A stretch of DNA of 64,000 bases from Callorhinchus milii (lineage: Eukaryota), in NCBI RefSeq assembly GCF_018977255.1, contig NW_024704743.1, forward strand, positions 52,268,001 through 52,332,000. Direction: 5' to 3'. Shown here in pieces: positions 63,736 through 64,000 of this stretch. The position numbers and the translations under genes are program-made. Each line of letters opens with the position of its first letter. The stretch's first letter is position 1. A model generated the notes under the pieces. It made no database searches and was not told the origin of the DNA. It saw nothing but the letters and a program-made list of their open reading frames with translations.

Positions 63736-63804
63736 TAAAAATCTGTATTTGATCTGGAGACAATGGATTAAACATTAATTAATCTTAATTAATTTATTTG
63801 TGTC

Positions 63805-63962
63805 ACCTGTCCTTAGATAAGACGTTAAATGAAGGTCCCTTCTGCCTGTTCAGTTGGACCCAATTTGAAAAGAGAAGGGAGTTTGATCATTCACTTCATA
63901 ACTATTTATGCAAATTGGTTGCATATTCGCTGTATACAAATAAACAGTCAAGGATTATTATT
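63805..63962 (+). mobile_element. Family B SINE fragment
   Basis: GATAAGACGTTAAATGAAGGTCCCTTCTGCCTGTTCAG...AAAGAGAAGGGAGTT. Confidence 0.7.
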
Positions 63963-64000
63963 TTTATCTGCAGTGATAAAAACACATTGAATTCAAAACA

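Overview
AT-rich, CpG-depleted vertebrate genomic DNA. The repeat content (GC-rich L2 LINEs with (TTG)n tails, a shark-type CR1 LINE, tRNA-headed Deu-domain SINEs with L2-type (TTA)n tails) points to a cartilaginous fish, possibly a holocephalan; this is inference. I found no recognisable host protein-coding exon, so the window looks intergenic or deep-intronic. The only identifiable proteins are decayed non-LTR retrotransposon ORF2 fragments: L2 RT at 19.4-21.0 kb and 51.6-53.1 kb, and CR1 EN/RT at 38.5-40.7 kb. There are two SINE families sharing the L2 3' tail, at least two older unclassified dispersed repeat families with 5-6 copies each, several nested insertions and many internally deleted LINEs. 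Non-repeat signals worth checking are a ~76-bp inverted repeat around 10.75-11.08 kb, a 54-bp exact direct repeat, a ~90-nt hairpin, a strong CTCF-like motif, a candidate 27-nt microexon and CNE-like blocks. I could not support a new biological system from the sequence alone. Boundaries of old repeats are approximate (tens of bp) because they were aligned by eye.
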